64,000 bases of DNA from Actinomycetota bacterium (GCA_046046665.1 JBJOJI010000003.1:1318-65317), one strand, 5' to 3'. Positions 20,463-31,083 are shown, numbered from the stretch's first letter. Numbers and translations are program-made. The notes: generated by a model not told the origin, from the letters alone.

Positions 20463-21166
20463 TGGCTCAGAATCTAGCTGCAAATAAAATTTCATCGGTT
20501 CGCGCCGTAAAACTATTCAACATTGGCCAAGTGCTGAATGTATTGAATCCAGATTTTCCAGATCTAACCCCATCCAAGCTCCGATTCCTAGAAGAGCAGG
20601 GGCTAGTAACCCCGCAACGCACCCCATCTGGCTACCGCAAATTTACTGAACTCGATATCGAGCGAATTCAGATTGTTCTAGAACTTCAGCGTGACCAGTA
20701 CCTGCCGCTGAAGGTTATTCGCAACTACCTTGCTGATCTAGATGAAGGAAAGCAACCAAGCCTTCCGGGTGGCACTGTAAACCCTCAGCACCTTCGCCAG
20801 AGCCGAGGCAAGAAGCTTTCACGAATTGAGCTAATCTCTGAAACCGCAATCACAGACGCACTGATTCAAGAGGCGCAAGATGTGATGCTAATCAGCCAGG
20901 AGCCTTTCGAGGCGGCAGATGTCGAAATTGCACGAGCTATTGTGCACCTTCAGCGCTTTGGAATTCAGCCGCGTCACTTGCGCGGAATCAAAGCTTCGGC
21001 AGAACGTGAAATTGGCATTATTGAGGGCGTTGTTGCTCCAGTACTAGGCAAAAATGACACCGCTAGCCGTTCAAGGGCTGCTCATTACGCCGCCGAAATC
21101 GAAAATCAGTTTTCTAGCATCCGTGCCGAGCTGATTCGTTCGGTTATCGGCAAAATTGACGGTTAA
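20462..21166 (+). CDS. MerR family regulator, FtsR/Rv1828-like
   Basis: IGQVL...FPDLTPSKLRFLE..GLVTP.RTPSGYRKF, QRD.YLPLKVI; lies directly after garA. Confidence 0.88.
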   Translation: MAQNLAANKISSVRAVKLFNIGQVLNVLNPDFPDLTPSKLRFLEEQGLVTPQRTPSGYRKFTELDIERIQIVLELQRDQYLPLKVIRNYLADLDEGKQPSLPGGTVNPQHLRQSRGKKLSRIELISETAITDALIQEAQDVMLISQEPFEAADVEIARAIVHLQRFGIQPRHLRGIKASAEREIGIIEGVVAPVLGKNDTASRSRAAHYAAEIENQFSSIRAELIRSVIGKIDG

Positions 21167-21281
21167 AAAGCCTTTACTTTGGCGCGACACGCCGTTTAAT
21201 TAAATTAACCCCAGATAAGTGGGAAAGCGGCAACAATTAAACCTGTACTTGAACGTTAGATTAATTCTGGAAGGAGCCCAA

Positions 21282-21830
21282 ATGTCATCTACCGAAGACA
21301 ACGCTCCTGCTGAATATGCATCTGACATGCTTTTCACTGATGGCCTGCCATCAAATGACCCAAAGGTTGGTTACCGCGGCACCTCTGCGGCTACGGCCGT
21401 TGGTATTAGCTACCGCCAACTTGACTACTGGGACCGTACCGGCCTCTTGCAGCCAAGTGTTCGCGGGGCAGCTGGTTCAGGTTCTCAGCGTCTTTATGCA
21501 TTCCGCGACATTCTTGTTCTAAAGCTTGTGAAGCGCCTACTAGACACCGGTGTATCCCTGCAGCAGATTCGTATTGCCGTTGATCAGCTTCGAGCTGCGG
21601 GAATCAACGACTTGGCAACAATTACCTTGATGTCAGATGGCGCCCGCGTTTATCTTTGCACCACTCAAGACGAAGTAATGGACTTACTGAGCCGAGGTCA
21701 AGGTGTGTTCGGAATTGCAGTTGGTCGCGTACTTCGCGAGGTTGAGGCTTCTCTCATAAATATGAAAGAGAACAACATCGATGATGTGGACGAGCTTGCA
21801 GCAAGACGTCAGATACGTAAAGTCGTCTAA
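21282..21830 (+). CDS. MerR family regulator, Rv1830-like
   Basis: GYRG...GISYRQLDYW, GSGSQRLY, LLDTGVSLQQIR; AAGGAG RBS before ATG 21282. Confidence 0.9.
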   Translation: MSSTEDNAPAEYASDMLFTDGLPSNDPKVGYRGTSAATAVGISYRQLDYWDRTGLLQPSVRGAAGSGSQRLYAFRDILVLKLVKRLLDTGVSLQQIRIAVDQLRAAGINDLATITLMSDGARVYLCTTQDEVMDLLSRGQGVFGIAVGRVLREVEASLINMKENNIDDVDELAARRQIRKVV

Positions 21831-21849
21831 GTAATAACCTAAAAACTCC

Positions 21850-21880
21850 AAAGCCTGAATTTATTCAGGCTTTTTTTCTT
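21850..21880. terminator. Intrinsic terminator between convergent merR and parA
   Basis: AAAGCCTGAA-TTTA-TTCAGGCTTT hairpin followed by a T-run. Confidence 0.75.
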
Positions 21881-22877
21881 CGAACGAAAGACTGGCCAGA
21901 GCCTCCAGCTGCTCGATCGCGCTCAACGATTTTGGGTCTACAGGTTCGGCCGGCAGAGTTGGCAATTCACTAACCGGTGCTGGGGTTTCCTCTAGCGATT
22001 CCAGTTTTAGAACGGCGTCAAGATCTTGACCGCGCATAATTTTGCTGATTCTGGTCATTTTTTTGTCGACTTTGATTCTCTTTTTGTCTACCGGCTGCTG
22101 AAACGAGGCCATGGCGTAGGAAAGAATTTCATCAAAAATTTTGGCAAGCTCAGCGGCGTGGTCTCCTGGCCAGGTGTGAATTGGTCTTGCTGCTCCTTGG
22201 GCCTGCTGAATGGTGGCACGCTCTTCAATTTGAACCGCCATCAAATTCTCTTTAAATAGTTCCTGTAGTTCGTGCGCTCGGTAAGCATGCTCTTTGGACT
22301 GAGGGCGGAACCTATTGATTACCACGCCAAGCGCTTCCAACCTAGGAGACAGTCCGCGTCTTAGCTCTTCAATGGCGCGCATCGCGCGTTCAGCTGCCAC
22401 CACAGAAAAAATTGATGGCTCCGAAACGATTAATACACGGTCGCTGGAAACCCAGGCGGTTCTGGTTAGGCCGTTGATTGAAGGTGGGGTATCAATAATT
22501 ACTAAGTCGTAGTCTTTTTCAATGCGGCTCAACGCCTCTTCAAGTTTCCAAACATCTCTAATGGTTGGGTTGGGGGTGTCAAATTGCAGGGCCCTTGGGC
22601 TGCCAATCATTACATCTATGTGACCAGACTGAACTTTGCCCCAAGTACTCGCTACGATTGCTCTATGCACGATGTTGTGTTTAGGGTTTTGAAGGACATC
22701 GGCAACGGTTTCCCTAAATTCTCCGATGGCGCCTAATCCGGTTGATGCATCACATTGTGGGTCTAGATCTACTACCAAAGTGCGAAGACCGCGAGCAAAT
22801 GCAGCTGAGGCAAGACCCAGGGCTACCGTGGTCTTCCCTACGCCCCCCTTCAGGGAGCTCACGCTCATTACATGCAC
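21861..22877 (-). CDS. ParA family ATPase
   Basis: SLKGGVGKTT, DLDPQ, IDTPPS; C-terminal low-complexity extension. Confidence 0.92.
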   Translation of the reverse strand: MHVMSVSSLKGGVGKTTVALGLASAAFARGLRTLVVDLDPQCDASTGLGAIGEFRETVADVLQNPKHNIVHRAIVASTWGKVQSGHIDVMIGSPRALQFDTPNPTIRDVWKLEEALSRIEKDYDLVIIDTPPSINGLTRTAWVSSDRVLIVSEPSIFSVVAAERAMRAIEELRRGLSPRLEALGVVINRFRPQSKEHAYRAHELQELFKENLMAVQIEERATIQQAQGAARPIHTWPGDHAAELAKIFDEILSYAMASFQQPVDKKRIKVDKKMTRISKIMRGQDLDAVLKLESLEETPAPVSELPTLPAEPVDPKSLSAIEQLEALASLSFEEKKPE

Positions 22878-22946
22878 GTAAATAGGCTACCTTTTTATTG
22901 AAGGCGCTATGTATTCATGTTCGCCTATACGACATTTGAGGGCCTA

Positions 22947-25900
22947 ATGTTCAAGAAGATTCTGGTTGCCAACCGCGGTGAAATCGCCGTCCGTGCCTTT
23001 AGAGCCGCCTATGAGCTAGGTGCCAAGACCGTGGCCGTGTTCCCATATGAGGACCGAAATTCAACTCACCGCCTGCAGGCCGATGAGTCATACCAAATAG
23101 GCTCGGTGGGGCACCCAGTGCGTGCGTACCTAGATGTGTCAGAAATTATTCGTGTTGCCTTGGAATCAGGCGCAGATGCAATTTACCCAGGATATGGGTT
23201 TCTGTCTGAAAATCCTGAATTGGCAGAAGCGGCCAAAGCAAATGGCATTACATTTATTGGTCCTTCATCCGATGTACTTGAAATGGCCGGAAACAAAGTA
23301 ATTGCCAAAGAGGCAGCGATTCGTGCCGGAGTGCCGGTTCTAAAATCTTCACCCTCATCGGCCAACGTTGATGAACTGGTTGATCAGGCAAATGACATTG
23401 GTTTTCCAATTTTCGTAAAGGCCGTTGCAGGTGGTGGTGGCCGCGGCATGCGCCGAGTTGCCAAACAAGAAGATCTTCGTGCAGCACTTATCGAAGCATC
23501 TCGTGAGGCAGAAAGCGCCTTTGGCGACCCTCGTGTTTTCTTAGAGCAAGCGGTGATTCGCCCTCGCCACATTGAGGTACAGATTCTGGCCGACACTCAC
23601 GGCAATGTTGTGCACTTATTTGAGCGTGACTGCTCAATTCAGCGCCGCAACCAAAAAGTTGTTGAGATTGCTCCAGCACCGCTGATTGATGAAGATCTTC
23701 GTCAAACTCTTTACCGAGACGCCGTTTCTTTTGCGCAGCAAATTGGATATCAAAATGCGGGAACAGTTGAGTTCTTGATTGACACCGTTGGTGCAAACGC
23801 TGGCAAGCATGTTTTCATCGAAATGAATCCACGCATTCAGGTTGAGCACACTGTTTCAGAAGAAATCACCGATGTTGACCTAGTGCAATCTCAGATGCGA
23901 ATTGCTTCGGGGGAGTCGCTTTCTGATCTTGGTTTAACTCAAGACAAAATCAAGATGCACGGTTTCGCGGTTCAGTGCCGAATTACAACTGAAGACCCTG
24001 CCCAGAACTTTCGACCAGACACCGGAAAAATCACCACCTACCGTTCGCCTGGAGGTGCAGGTATTCGCCTTGATGGCGGAACTGTTTCAACCGGTGCTGA
24101 AGTAAGCCCACACTTTGACTCAATGTTGGTGAAGCTTATTGCCACCGGTCGTGACTTCAAATCTGCTGTTACCAGAGCTAAGCGCGCACTTGCTGAATTC
24201 CGAATTCGCGGTGTTTCTACAAACATTGCTTTCTTGCAAGCTGTTCTTGCTGACCCAATCTTTGAAACCGGTGACCTAAGCACTTCGTTTATCGATGAGC
24301 ACCCTGAGCTATTCACTGCAAAGCCGTCACAGGACCGCGGAACAAAAATTCTTGCCTGGCTAGCAGACGTAACCGTAAACCAGCCAAACGGGCCAAGAGC
24401 GCATCACATTAACCCTGGCGTTAAGTTGCCAAAGGTGGATCTTTCCGTTGCAGCACCAGCCGGATCTCGCCAGCGTTTGCTAGAGCTTGGCCCTCAAGGC
24501 TTTGCCAAAGCTCTTCGTGATCAGTCACAGGTTGCAATTACAGAGACCACGTTCCGAGATGCACACCAGTCTCTACTGGCAACTCGCGTACGTGGCCGTG
24601 ATCTAGTTGCGGTTGCGCCATACGTTTCACGTCTTACTCCGCAGTTGCTTTCTGTTGAGGCCTGGGGCGGAGCAACATATGACGTTGCCCTTCGTTTCTT
24701 GGGTGAAGACCCCTGGCAGCGATTGGCTCAACTTCGTGAAGCCATGCCTAACCTTTGCATTCAAATGTTGCTTCGCGGAAGAAACACTGTTGGTTACACT
24801 CCGTATCCAACAGAGGTCACCGAGGCATTCGTTGCCGAGGCCGCAGCAACCGGCGTTGACATCTTTAGAATTTTCGATGCGCTAAACGATGTCGATCAGA
24901 TGAAGCCGGCAATTGACGCAGTTCTGAAAACCAAAACAGCCGTTGCTGAAGTTGCGCTTTGCTACACCGCTGATCTTTTGGATCCAGCCGAGAAGCTTTA
25001 CACACTTGACTACTACTTGAACTTGGCTCAGCAAATTGTTGATGCCGGCGCTCACATCATTGCCATCAAAGACATGGCAGGTTTGCTTCGCCCTGCCGCT
25101 GCCGAGAAGTTGGTGTCGGCTTTGCGTGAACGTTTTGATCTTCCGGTTCACCTGCACACCCACGACACCGCCGGCGGTCAGCTAGCTACCCTGATGGCGG
25201 CTATCAATGTTGGCGTAGACGCTGTTGATGTTGCTTCGGCGCCAATGGCAGGCACCACAAGCCAGCCTTCTGCTTCGGCTCTAGTTGCCGCTTTGGCTCA
25301 CACCGATAAAGACAGCGGTATCTCACTCGATGCCGTTGCTGAACTTGAGCCTTACTGGGAAGCAGTTCGAAACGTTTATGCACCGTTCGAATCAGGCCTT
25401 CCTGGCCCAACCGGCCGCGTCTATCACCACGAAATTCCTGGTGGTCAACTTTCGAACTTGCGTCAACAGGCAATTGCACTGGGCCTTGGTGATCAATTTG
25501 AAAAAGTTGAAAACATGTATGCCTCGGCAAATGCAATTCTTGGTCGCCCAACAAAGGTGACGCCTTCTTCAAAGGTTGTTGGAGACTTGGCTCTGCACTT
25601 GGTTGCGGTAAACGCAGACCCTGCTGACTTTGCCGAGAACCCACAAAACTATGACGTTCCAGATTCAGTTATCGGGTTCATGGCTGGCGAGCTTGGCGAT
25701 CTTCCTGGCGGTTGGCCAGAGCCATTCCGCACCAAGGTATTGGCCGGAAAGAGCCCTAAGTTTGGAATCACTCCGGTAAACGAAGAAGACCTAGCTGCCC
25801 TTAAGGGGGCCGATGCAGCTCTGCGTCGTTCAACGTTGAACCGTTTGTTGTTCCCTGGGCCTACGGCTGACTTCCAGAAGTCACAGGATTCCTTTGGCAA

Positions 25901-26354
25901 CCTTGACCAAATCGAAACCGTTGACTACCTGTACGGTCTTGAGCAGGGCGTAGAGCACGTTGTGACGCTATCTAAGGGTGTTCAAATTTACGTTGGCCTT
26001 GAGGCAATTGGTTCACCAGATGCCAAGGGCTTCCGAACTGTGATGGCCACGTTGAATGGTCAACTGCGCCCAATCAACGTGCGAGACCGCAAGATCACCG
26101 TAAATACCGTTCAGGCCGAAAAGGCCGATTCGGCCAACCTTGGTCACGTTGCTGCACCATTTGCCGGGGTAGTGACTTTGCAGACGGTTGAAGGCGCTCA
26201 CGTAGAGGTTGGCCAGCCGGTTGCAACAATTGAGGCAATGAAGATGGAGGCCACAATTACGGCTTCTGTGGCTGGAATTGTGCGTCGTTTAGCGGTTTCA
26301 AAGACCCAATCTGTAGATGCCGGCGACCTAATTCTGGTTGTCGAAGCCGAATAA
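22947..26354 (+). CDS. pyc: Pyruvate carboxylase
   Basis: Biotin carboxylase domain (ANRGEIA), carboxyltransferase domain (RDAHQS, HLHTH) and biotinyl EAMKM; ATG 22947. Confidence 0.98.
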   Translation: MFKKILVANRGEIAVRAFRAAYELGAKTVAVFPYEDRNSTHRLQADESYQIGSVGHPVRAYLDVSEIIRVALESGADAIYPGYGFLSENPELAEAAKANGITFIGPSSDVLEMAGNKVIAKEAAIRAGVPVLKSSPSSANVDELVDQANDIGFPIFVKAVAGGGGRGMRRVAKQEDLRAALIEASREAESAFGDPRVFLEQAVIRPRHIEVQILADTHGNVVHLFERDCSIQRRNQKVVEIAPAPLIDEDLRQTLYRDAVSFAQQIGYQNAGTVEFLIDTVGANAGKHVFIEMNPRIQVEHTVSEEITDVDLVQSQMRIASGESLSDLGLTQDKIKMHGFAVQCRITTEDPAQNFRPDTGKITTYRSPGGAGIRLDGGTVSTGAEVSPHFDSMLVKLIATGRDFKSAVTRAKRALAEFRIRGVSTNIAFLQAVLADPIFETGDLSTSFIDEHPELFTAKPSQDRGTKILAWLADVTVNQPNGPRAHHINPGVKLPKVDLSVAAPAGSRQRLLELGPQGFAKALRDQSQVAITETTFRDAHQSLLATRVRGRDLVAVAPYVSRLTPQLLSVEAWGGATYDVALRFLGEDPWQRLAQLREAMPNLCIQMLLRGRNTVGYTPYPTEVTEAFVAEAAATGVDIFRIFDALNDVDQMKPAIDAVLKTKTAVAEVALCYTADLLDPAEKLYTLDYYLNLAQQIVDAGAHIIAIKDMAGLLRPAAAEKLVSALRERFDLPVHLHTHDTAGGQLATLMAAINVGVDAVDVASAPMAGTTSQPSASALVAALAHTDKDSGISLDAVAELEPYWEAVRNVYAPFESGLPGPTGRVYHHEIPGGQLSNLRQQAIALGLGDQFEKVENMYASANAILGRPTKVTPSSKVVGDLALHLVAVNADPADFAENPQNYDVPDSVIGFMAGELGDLPGGWPEPFRTKVLAGKSPKFGITPVNEEDLAALKGADAALRRSTLNRLLFPGPTADFQKSQDSFGNLDQIETVDYLYGLEQGVEHVVTLSKGVQIYVGLEAIGSPDAKGFRTVMATLNGQLRPINVRDRKITVNTVQAEKADSANLGHVAAPFAGVVTLQTVEGAHVEVGQPVATIEAMKMEATITASVAGIVRRLAVSKTQSVDAGDLILVVEAE

Positions 26355-26438
26355 CAGGGCGGGCTACCTGCCTCAAGCAGGTAAACTGACTAAGTTCGTT
26401 GGCGCGCATCTTTGTGCGACTAAACCTTAGGAGTATCT

Positions 26439-27641
26439 GTGGCAATTTGGGGCAATAAGCCAGAAGAGGGCAATAGCGATTTTCTCGCACCCCGCCCAGC
26501 AGAAGAGCAGGCTGAAAAGTCTCATTCACTGGCTGAAATTGCGGTTGACGCAGGCTACATTGATGTCACCCCTAGCACTGCCTCTATTCAGGTGGTTGCC
26601 GAGGATCCACGCGTTGCCCCAGCCCAAGATTCCGAAATTGCCGAGCTTCGTCGCTCAAACTATTCACGTCGTGACAGCCTACGTGGTGAAATTTTTGACC
26701 AGCCTGAGCCAGCAGCCATGCTTACCGCAGATCGTCTGCTTGATGTAAGCGCCAGAAACCGCCCGGCCCCAGAGTCTGGCTTTCGTAGGTTCATTTATTT
26801 CCTAACCTTGAAGACCGTAAACCTTGGTGATTCACTAAAGGTTCGTGAGCGCAAGGCCCTTGATGCTCGCATTGGTGCCCAGCTAAGTGGTGGGGCAAAG
26901 TTTGTTCCAGTGCTAACCCGCAAGGGTGGTGTGGGTAAAACTACCGTTAGTACTTTGCTTGGAATGGCTCTGGCTCTTTCACGTGAAGACCGCGTGATTG
27001 CTATTGACGCAAACCCAGACCGTGGAACCCTTGCCGAGCGCGTTAGTAAGTCAACCCGATTCACCGTTCGCGACGTTGTGAACCGTGCTGCCGCTATTGA
27101 TGGTTTCACCGATTTCTCAACCATGGTCTCTCGAGATGTAACCCGTCTTGATGTATTGGCCTCAGACTCTGACCCAATGCTTTCAGAGGCCTTTGATGAG
27201 GGTGACTACAACGTGGTTGCCGATATGGCAGCCCGATACTACTCAATCGTGCTAACTGACTGCGGTACCGGAATTGTTCACTCTGTGATGCGCCCAACCC
27301 TTCAGCGCGCAACCGGTTTGGTAATTGTCTCTGGTGGTTCTGTAGACGAAGCGCGCTTGGCGTCTGAGACTCTAACCTGGCTAGAAGCAAATGGATACGG
27401 TGACCTAGTTCGTAACTCAGTGGTTGCATTAAACACAGCCACTCAGGCCACCCAGCTGGTGAAGCTAGATGAAATCGAGCAACACTTTAAGACCCGTGTT
27501 CGCCACGTGGTAAGAATTCCGTATGACCCAGCTCTGGCAGCGGGTTCAGTTATCAAGTTCAAAGACTTGAAAAAGGGCACCCGTGAGGCTGCTCGCGAAC
27601 TTGCCGCAATTGTTGTTGATGGTCTAAACAATCCAGTTTAA
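26439..27641 (+). CDS. MinD/ParA family ATPase with N-terminal extension
   Basis: RKGGVGKTT, DANPDRGTL, LTDCGTG, IPYDPAL. Confidence 0.9.
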   Translation: MAIWGNKPEEGNSDFLAPRPAEEQAEKSHSLAEIAVDAGYIDVTPSTASIQVVAEDPRVAPAQDSEIAELRRSNYSRRDSLRGEIFDQPEPAAMLTADRLLDVSARNRPAPESGFRRFIYFLTLKTVNLGDSLKVRERKALDARIGAQLSGGAKFVPVLTRKGGVGKTTVSTLLGMALALSREDRVIAIDANPDRGTLAERVSKSTRFTVRDVVNRAAAIDGFTDFSTMVSRDVTRLDVLASDSDPMLSEAFDEGDYNVVADMAARYYSIVLTDCGTGIVHSVMRPTLQRATGLVIVSGGSVDEARLASETLTWLEANGYGDLVRNSVVALNTATQATQLVKLDEIEQHFKTRVRHVVRIPYDPALAAGSVIKFKDLKKGTREAARELAAIVVDGLNNPV

Positions 27642-27650
27642 TTTTTTCAA

Positions 27651-28148
27651 ATGGCAGTAAGAGAAATTCGCCTTTTTGGAGACCCAGTTTTAAAAACGGT
27701 TTCTGATCCAATTAGTGAATTAGATGAAAAAGCCAAAGCTTTAGTTCAAGATTTAATCGACACCACAAAACTGCCGGGCAGAGCCGGTGTGGCTGCACCT
27801 CAAATTGGTGTGAATCTTCGTGCCTTCAGTTACAACGTAAATGGTGAAGTTGGCTACATCATTAATCCAACCTTGGTTGAACTAAGCGGAGAGAAGAGAT
27901 TGCTTGACGAAGGTTGTTTATCTGTTCCAGAACTTTGGCACAAAACACCGCGCTTTGAATTTGCCAAAGCCGTAGGGATTGACCTTGAAGGAAACAAGGT
28001 TGAACTTCAGGGCACCGGGCTAATGGCGCAGGCTCTTCAGCACGAGTGCGATCACTTAGATGGCCTTGTCTATCTAGACAGACTTGAAGATGACGAGCGC
28101 AAAGCAGCTATGAAAATTCTTCGAGCTACCGATTGGTTTATGAAGTAA
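27651..28148 (+). CDS. def: Peptide deformylase
   Basis: GVAAPQIG, EGCLS, QHECDH. Confidence 0.96.
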   Translation: MAVREIRLFGDPVLKTVSDPISELDEKAKALVQDLIDTTKLPGRAGVAAPQIGVNLRAFSYNVNGEVGYIINPTLVELSGEKRLLDEGCLSVPELWHKTPRFEFAKAVGIDLEGNKVELQGTGLMAQALQHECDHLDGLVYLDRLEDDERKAAMKILRATDWFMK

Positions 28149-29975
28149 CTAGTTTGCTTGAATGTCTAGGGTTGGTGGACCAGCCTGGTAGATTTCGTCA
28201 ATTGCAGGGGCAAAGTCCCTCATCACTACTTCACGTTTGATCTTCAAGGATGGTGTCAAGTGGCCAGATTCTTCACTAAGTTCTTGACCTATAACGGTGA
28301 ACTTGCGAATTGATTCGGCCTTCGAGAAGTTTTTATTAACGCGATCAACGGCAAGCTGAATTTCGGCTAGGACCTTTGGCTCTTTTGCAGCTTGAGCCAA
28401 CGACATGTTTTTGTCTAGGCCGTTGTTAGCCAACCAGATTGGAACCATCTCAGGATCAAGCGAAATAATTGCCGATACGAATGGTCTCTGATCGCCAACC
28501 ACAATTGCTTGACCAACCAGCGGATTAGCGCGCAGCGGGTCTTCAAGAGCTGCAGGGGCAACGTTTTTTCCACCGGCGGTAACAATTAATTCTTTTTTTC
28601 TGCCTGTGATGCTGATGAAGCCATCTTCATCAATTTCGCCGATGTCGCCAGATTTGAACCAATCACCGTCGAAGGCTGCCTTGGTTGCTTCTGGGTTTCG
28701 CCAGTATCCGCGCAAAATGTTATTTCCGCGAAGCAAAATTTCGCCATCTTTGGCAATCTTGATTCCGGTACCCGGCAACATCAATCCCACTTTGCCAATC
28801 TTCAAGCGGTCTGGGCGACCAATTGAAACTGGTGCTGTTGTTTCTGTGAGTCCGTAGCCTTCGAGAACGGTTAGCCCAATTGCTCGGTAGAAGTGGCCAA
28901 GGCGCGCGCCTAGTGGTCCACCACCCGAGATTGCATAGCCAACCCTGCCACCCATTGCCGCACGAAGTTTTTTATAAACCAATTTGTCAAAGACTGCGTG
29001 CTGAATCTTTAGACCGAGTGAAGGGCCCTTTGCGGTATCCAAAGCCTTTGAGTAGGCAATTGCTGTGTATGCAGCCTTGCGGAAGATCTTGCCTTTGCCG
29101 CCGGCCTCTGCTTTTTGCTCTGCAGAGTTGTAAACCTTTTCGAAAACCCTAGGAACGGCAAGCAAGAAGTTTGGCTTGAAGCTTTGCATGGCTGGTGCAA
29201 CGTTCTTGGTGTCTGGTTGGTGACCAACTTTTACACCACCGTGAACGCAGAGAACAGAGATGAATCTTGCAAAAACGTGGGCCAGAGGCAAGAACAAAAG
29301 TGTGCTGTGTTTAGGGTTTACGACTTCTGAAATTTCCAGCGTTGCGTTCTTGCTTAACTCAACGAATCCGCGGTGCAAAAGTTCGCAACCTTTTGGTTTA
29401 CCTGTAGTACCCGATGTGTAAATGATTGTTGCTAAATCAAAAAGCCCCGATGATTTGCGACGGGTCTCGATTGTTGCGTCATCGATGTCTTTTCCAAGTT
29501 TGATCAATGCGTCAACCGCGCCGCTTTCGATCTGCCAAATCTGTCGGCATAGGGGAGCGCCCTGTTTGATTTCGGTAAATCTTGATTCGTGCTCTTCATT
29601 TTCAACAAAAAGTGCAACACAGTCTGCGTCTGAGAGGATCCACTCGATTTGAGATGGTGCAGATGATTCATAAATTGGTACAGAGACTGCACCGGCATAC
29701 CAAATTGCAAAATCAATTAGGGCCCATTCAAAGCGAGTGCGGCTCATGATTGCCACCGCTTGACCTGGCTGAACCCCAGCCGCAACTAAACCTTTGGCAA
29801 CCTTGATTACTCGGCGTTCAAATTCTTTGGCCGAAAGGTCAACCCAAACGCCCGGCTTAGTTTCAATTGCGAAAAGGTTTAGATCGGGGGTTTGTTTCAC
29901 GCGATTCACTAGAAGATCGGTGATGTTCTCTGAAGCATCACTTACGGTTAGTGGCGGTACGTCGTAGGACAGCAC
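28149..29975 (-). CDS. Long-chain fatty acid-CoA ligase
   Basis: IIYTSGTTGKPKG, EGYGLTET, TPSLK; AAGGAG RBS. Confidence 0.93.
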   Translation of the reverse strand: MLSYDVPPLTVSDASENITDLLVNRVKQTPDLNLFAIETKPGVWVDLSAKEFERRVIKVAKGLVAAGVQPGQAVAIMSRTRFEWALIDFAIWYAGAVSVPIYESSAPSQIEWILSDADCVALFVENEEHESRFTEIKQGAPLCRQIWQIESGAVDALIKLGKDIDDATIETRRKSSGLFDLATIIYTSGTTGKPKGCELLHRGFVELSKNATLEISEVVNPKHSTLLFLPLAHVFARFISVLCVHGGVKVGHQPDTKNVAPAMQSFKPNFLLAVPRVFEKVYNSAEQKAEAGGKGKIFRKAAYTAIAYSKALDTAKGPSLGLKIQHAVFDKLVYKKLRAAMGGRVGYAISGGGPLGARLGHFYRAIGLTVLEGYGLTETTAPVSIGRPDRLKIGKVGLMLPGTGIKIAKDGEILLRGNNILRGYWRNPEATKAAFDGDWFKSGDIGEIDEDGFISITGRKKELIVTAGGKNVAPAALEDPLRANPLVGQAIVVGDQRPFVSAIISLDPEMVPIWLANNGLDKNMSLAQAAKEPKVLAEIQLAVDRVNKNFSKAESIRKFTVIGQELSEESGHLTPSLKIKREVVMRDFAPAIDEIYQAGPPTLDIQAN

Positions 29976-30092
29976 AGGATCTCCTTGGGGTGAGGTTCTT
30001 GCGACAACTCTACTTGTGCAAAGGCTAAACTTTTGGGGTCTAGGCTGAATAATCTAGACAAAATGGAACTCGAAAAATCTTCTAAGGAACTC

Positions 30093-31049
30093 ATGCACGC
30101 GATTGGAATTGACATTGGCGGCACCAAAATTGCCGGTGCTTTAGTTGATGCATCGGGTCAGATTCTTAAGGAAAAAAGAGTCCCAACTCCTGCCGATGAC
30201 CCAAGCGCTCTGGTTGATGCCGTGGTGGGGCTAATCACTGAACTTGCCGATGGTCAAAGCGTGCTGGGCGCTGGAATTGCGGCCGCAGGCTTTATCGATG
30301 CCGAACAGGCCAACATTATCTATGCGCCAAATTTAAGCTGGCGGAACGAACCATTCAAGGCCAAGTTAGAAGCCAAACTTTCAATACCGGTAATCATCGA
30401 AAACGATGCCAATGCAGCCGGCTGGGCTGAGTATCGCTACGGTGCCGGCCGTGGCTATAAGCACATGGTTATGTTGACCATCGGAACAGGTGTTGGTGGC
30501 GCAGTAATAACCGATAGCAAGATGCTTCGCGGCGGATTTGGAATTGCCGGTGAACTAGGCCACCTTCGCGTTGTGCCAGAAGGACTGCCATGTGGTTGTG
30601 GCCAAAATGGTTGCTTAGAGTCTTATGGTTCGGGAACTGCACTGCTTAAGGCTGCCAAAGAATTGGCAGCTTCTGGCCAAGATAAAGGCGCCAGATTGCG
30701 CCAGTTAGAAGCTGCGGCGGGCCAGCTCACCGGCCAAGAGGTTTATCAGGCAATTCTTGAGGGAGATGCTGGTGCACTTGAGATTTTGGCTACTTTAGGT
30801 TCCTGGTTGGGCCAGGCAGTTGCCTCGCTAACTGCAGTGCTAGACCCTGAAATCGTGGTAATTGGTGGCGGGGTTAGCGCCGCCGGCGACCTATTGCTGA
30901 ACCCAATTCGCGAGGCCTACCTAAACCACCTTCCGGCAAGAGGATTTAGGCCTGAATTGGTCATTTCCGCCGCCGAATTCGTCAACGATGCCGGCGTGGT
31001 GGGTGCAGCCGATCTCGCTCGCGTATCTTTGGCCCCAAAGGTAAACTAG
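30093..31049 (+). CDS. glk: ROK family glucokinase
   Basis: GIDIGGTK, ENDANAA, GELGH, CGCGQ.GCLE; ATG 30093. Confidence 0.92.
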   Translation: MHAIGIDIGGTKIAGALVDASGQILKEKRVPTPADDPSALVDAVVGLITELADGQSVLGAGIAAAGFIDAEQANIIYAPNLSWRNEPFKAKLEAKLSIPVIIENDANAAGWAEYRYGAGRGYKHMVMLTIGTGVGGAVITDSKMLRGGFGIAGELGHLRVVPEGLPCGCGQNGCLESYGSGTALLKAAKELAASGQDKGARLRQLEAAAGQLTGQEVYQAILEGDAGALEILATLGSWLGQAVASLTAVLDPEIVVIGGGVSAAGDLLLNPIREAYLNHLPARGFRPELVISAAEFVNDAGVVGAADLARVSLAPKVN

Positions 31050-31083
31050 ACCCCTGTTGCCAAAGAAGCGAAAGGGGCGGTGA

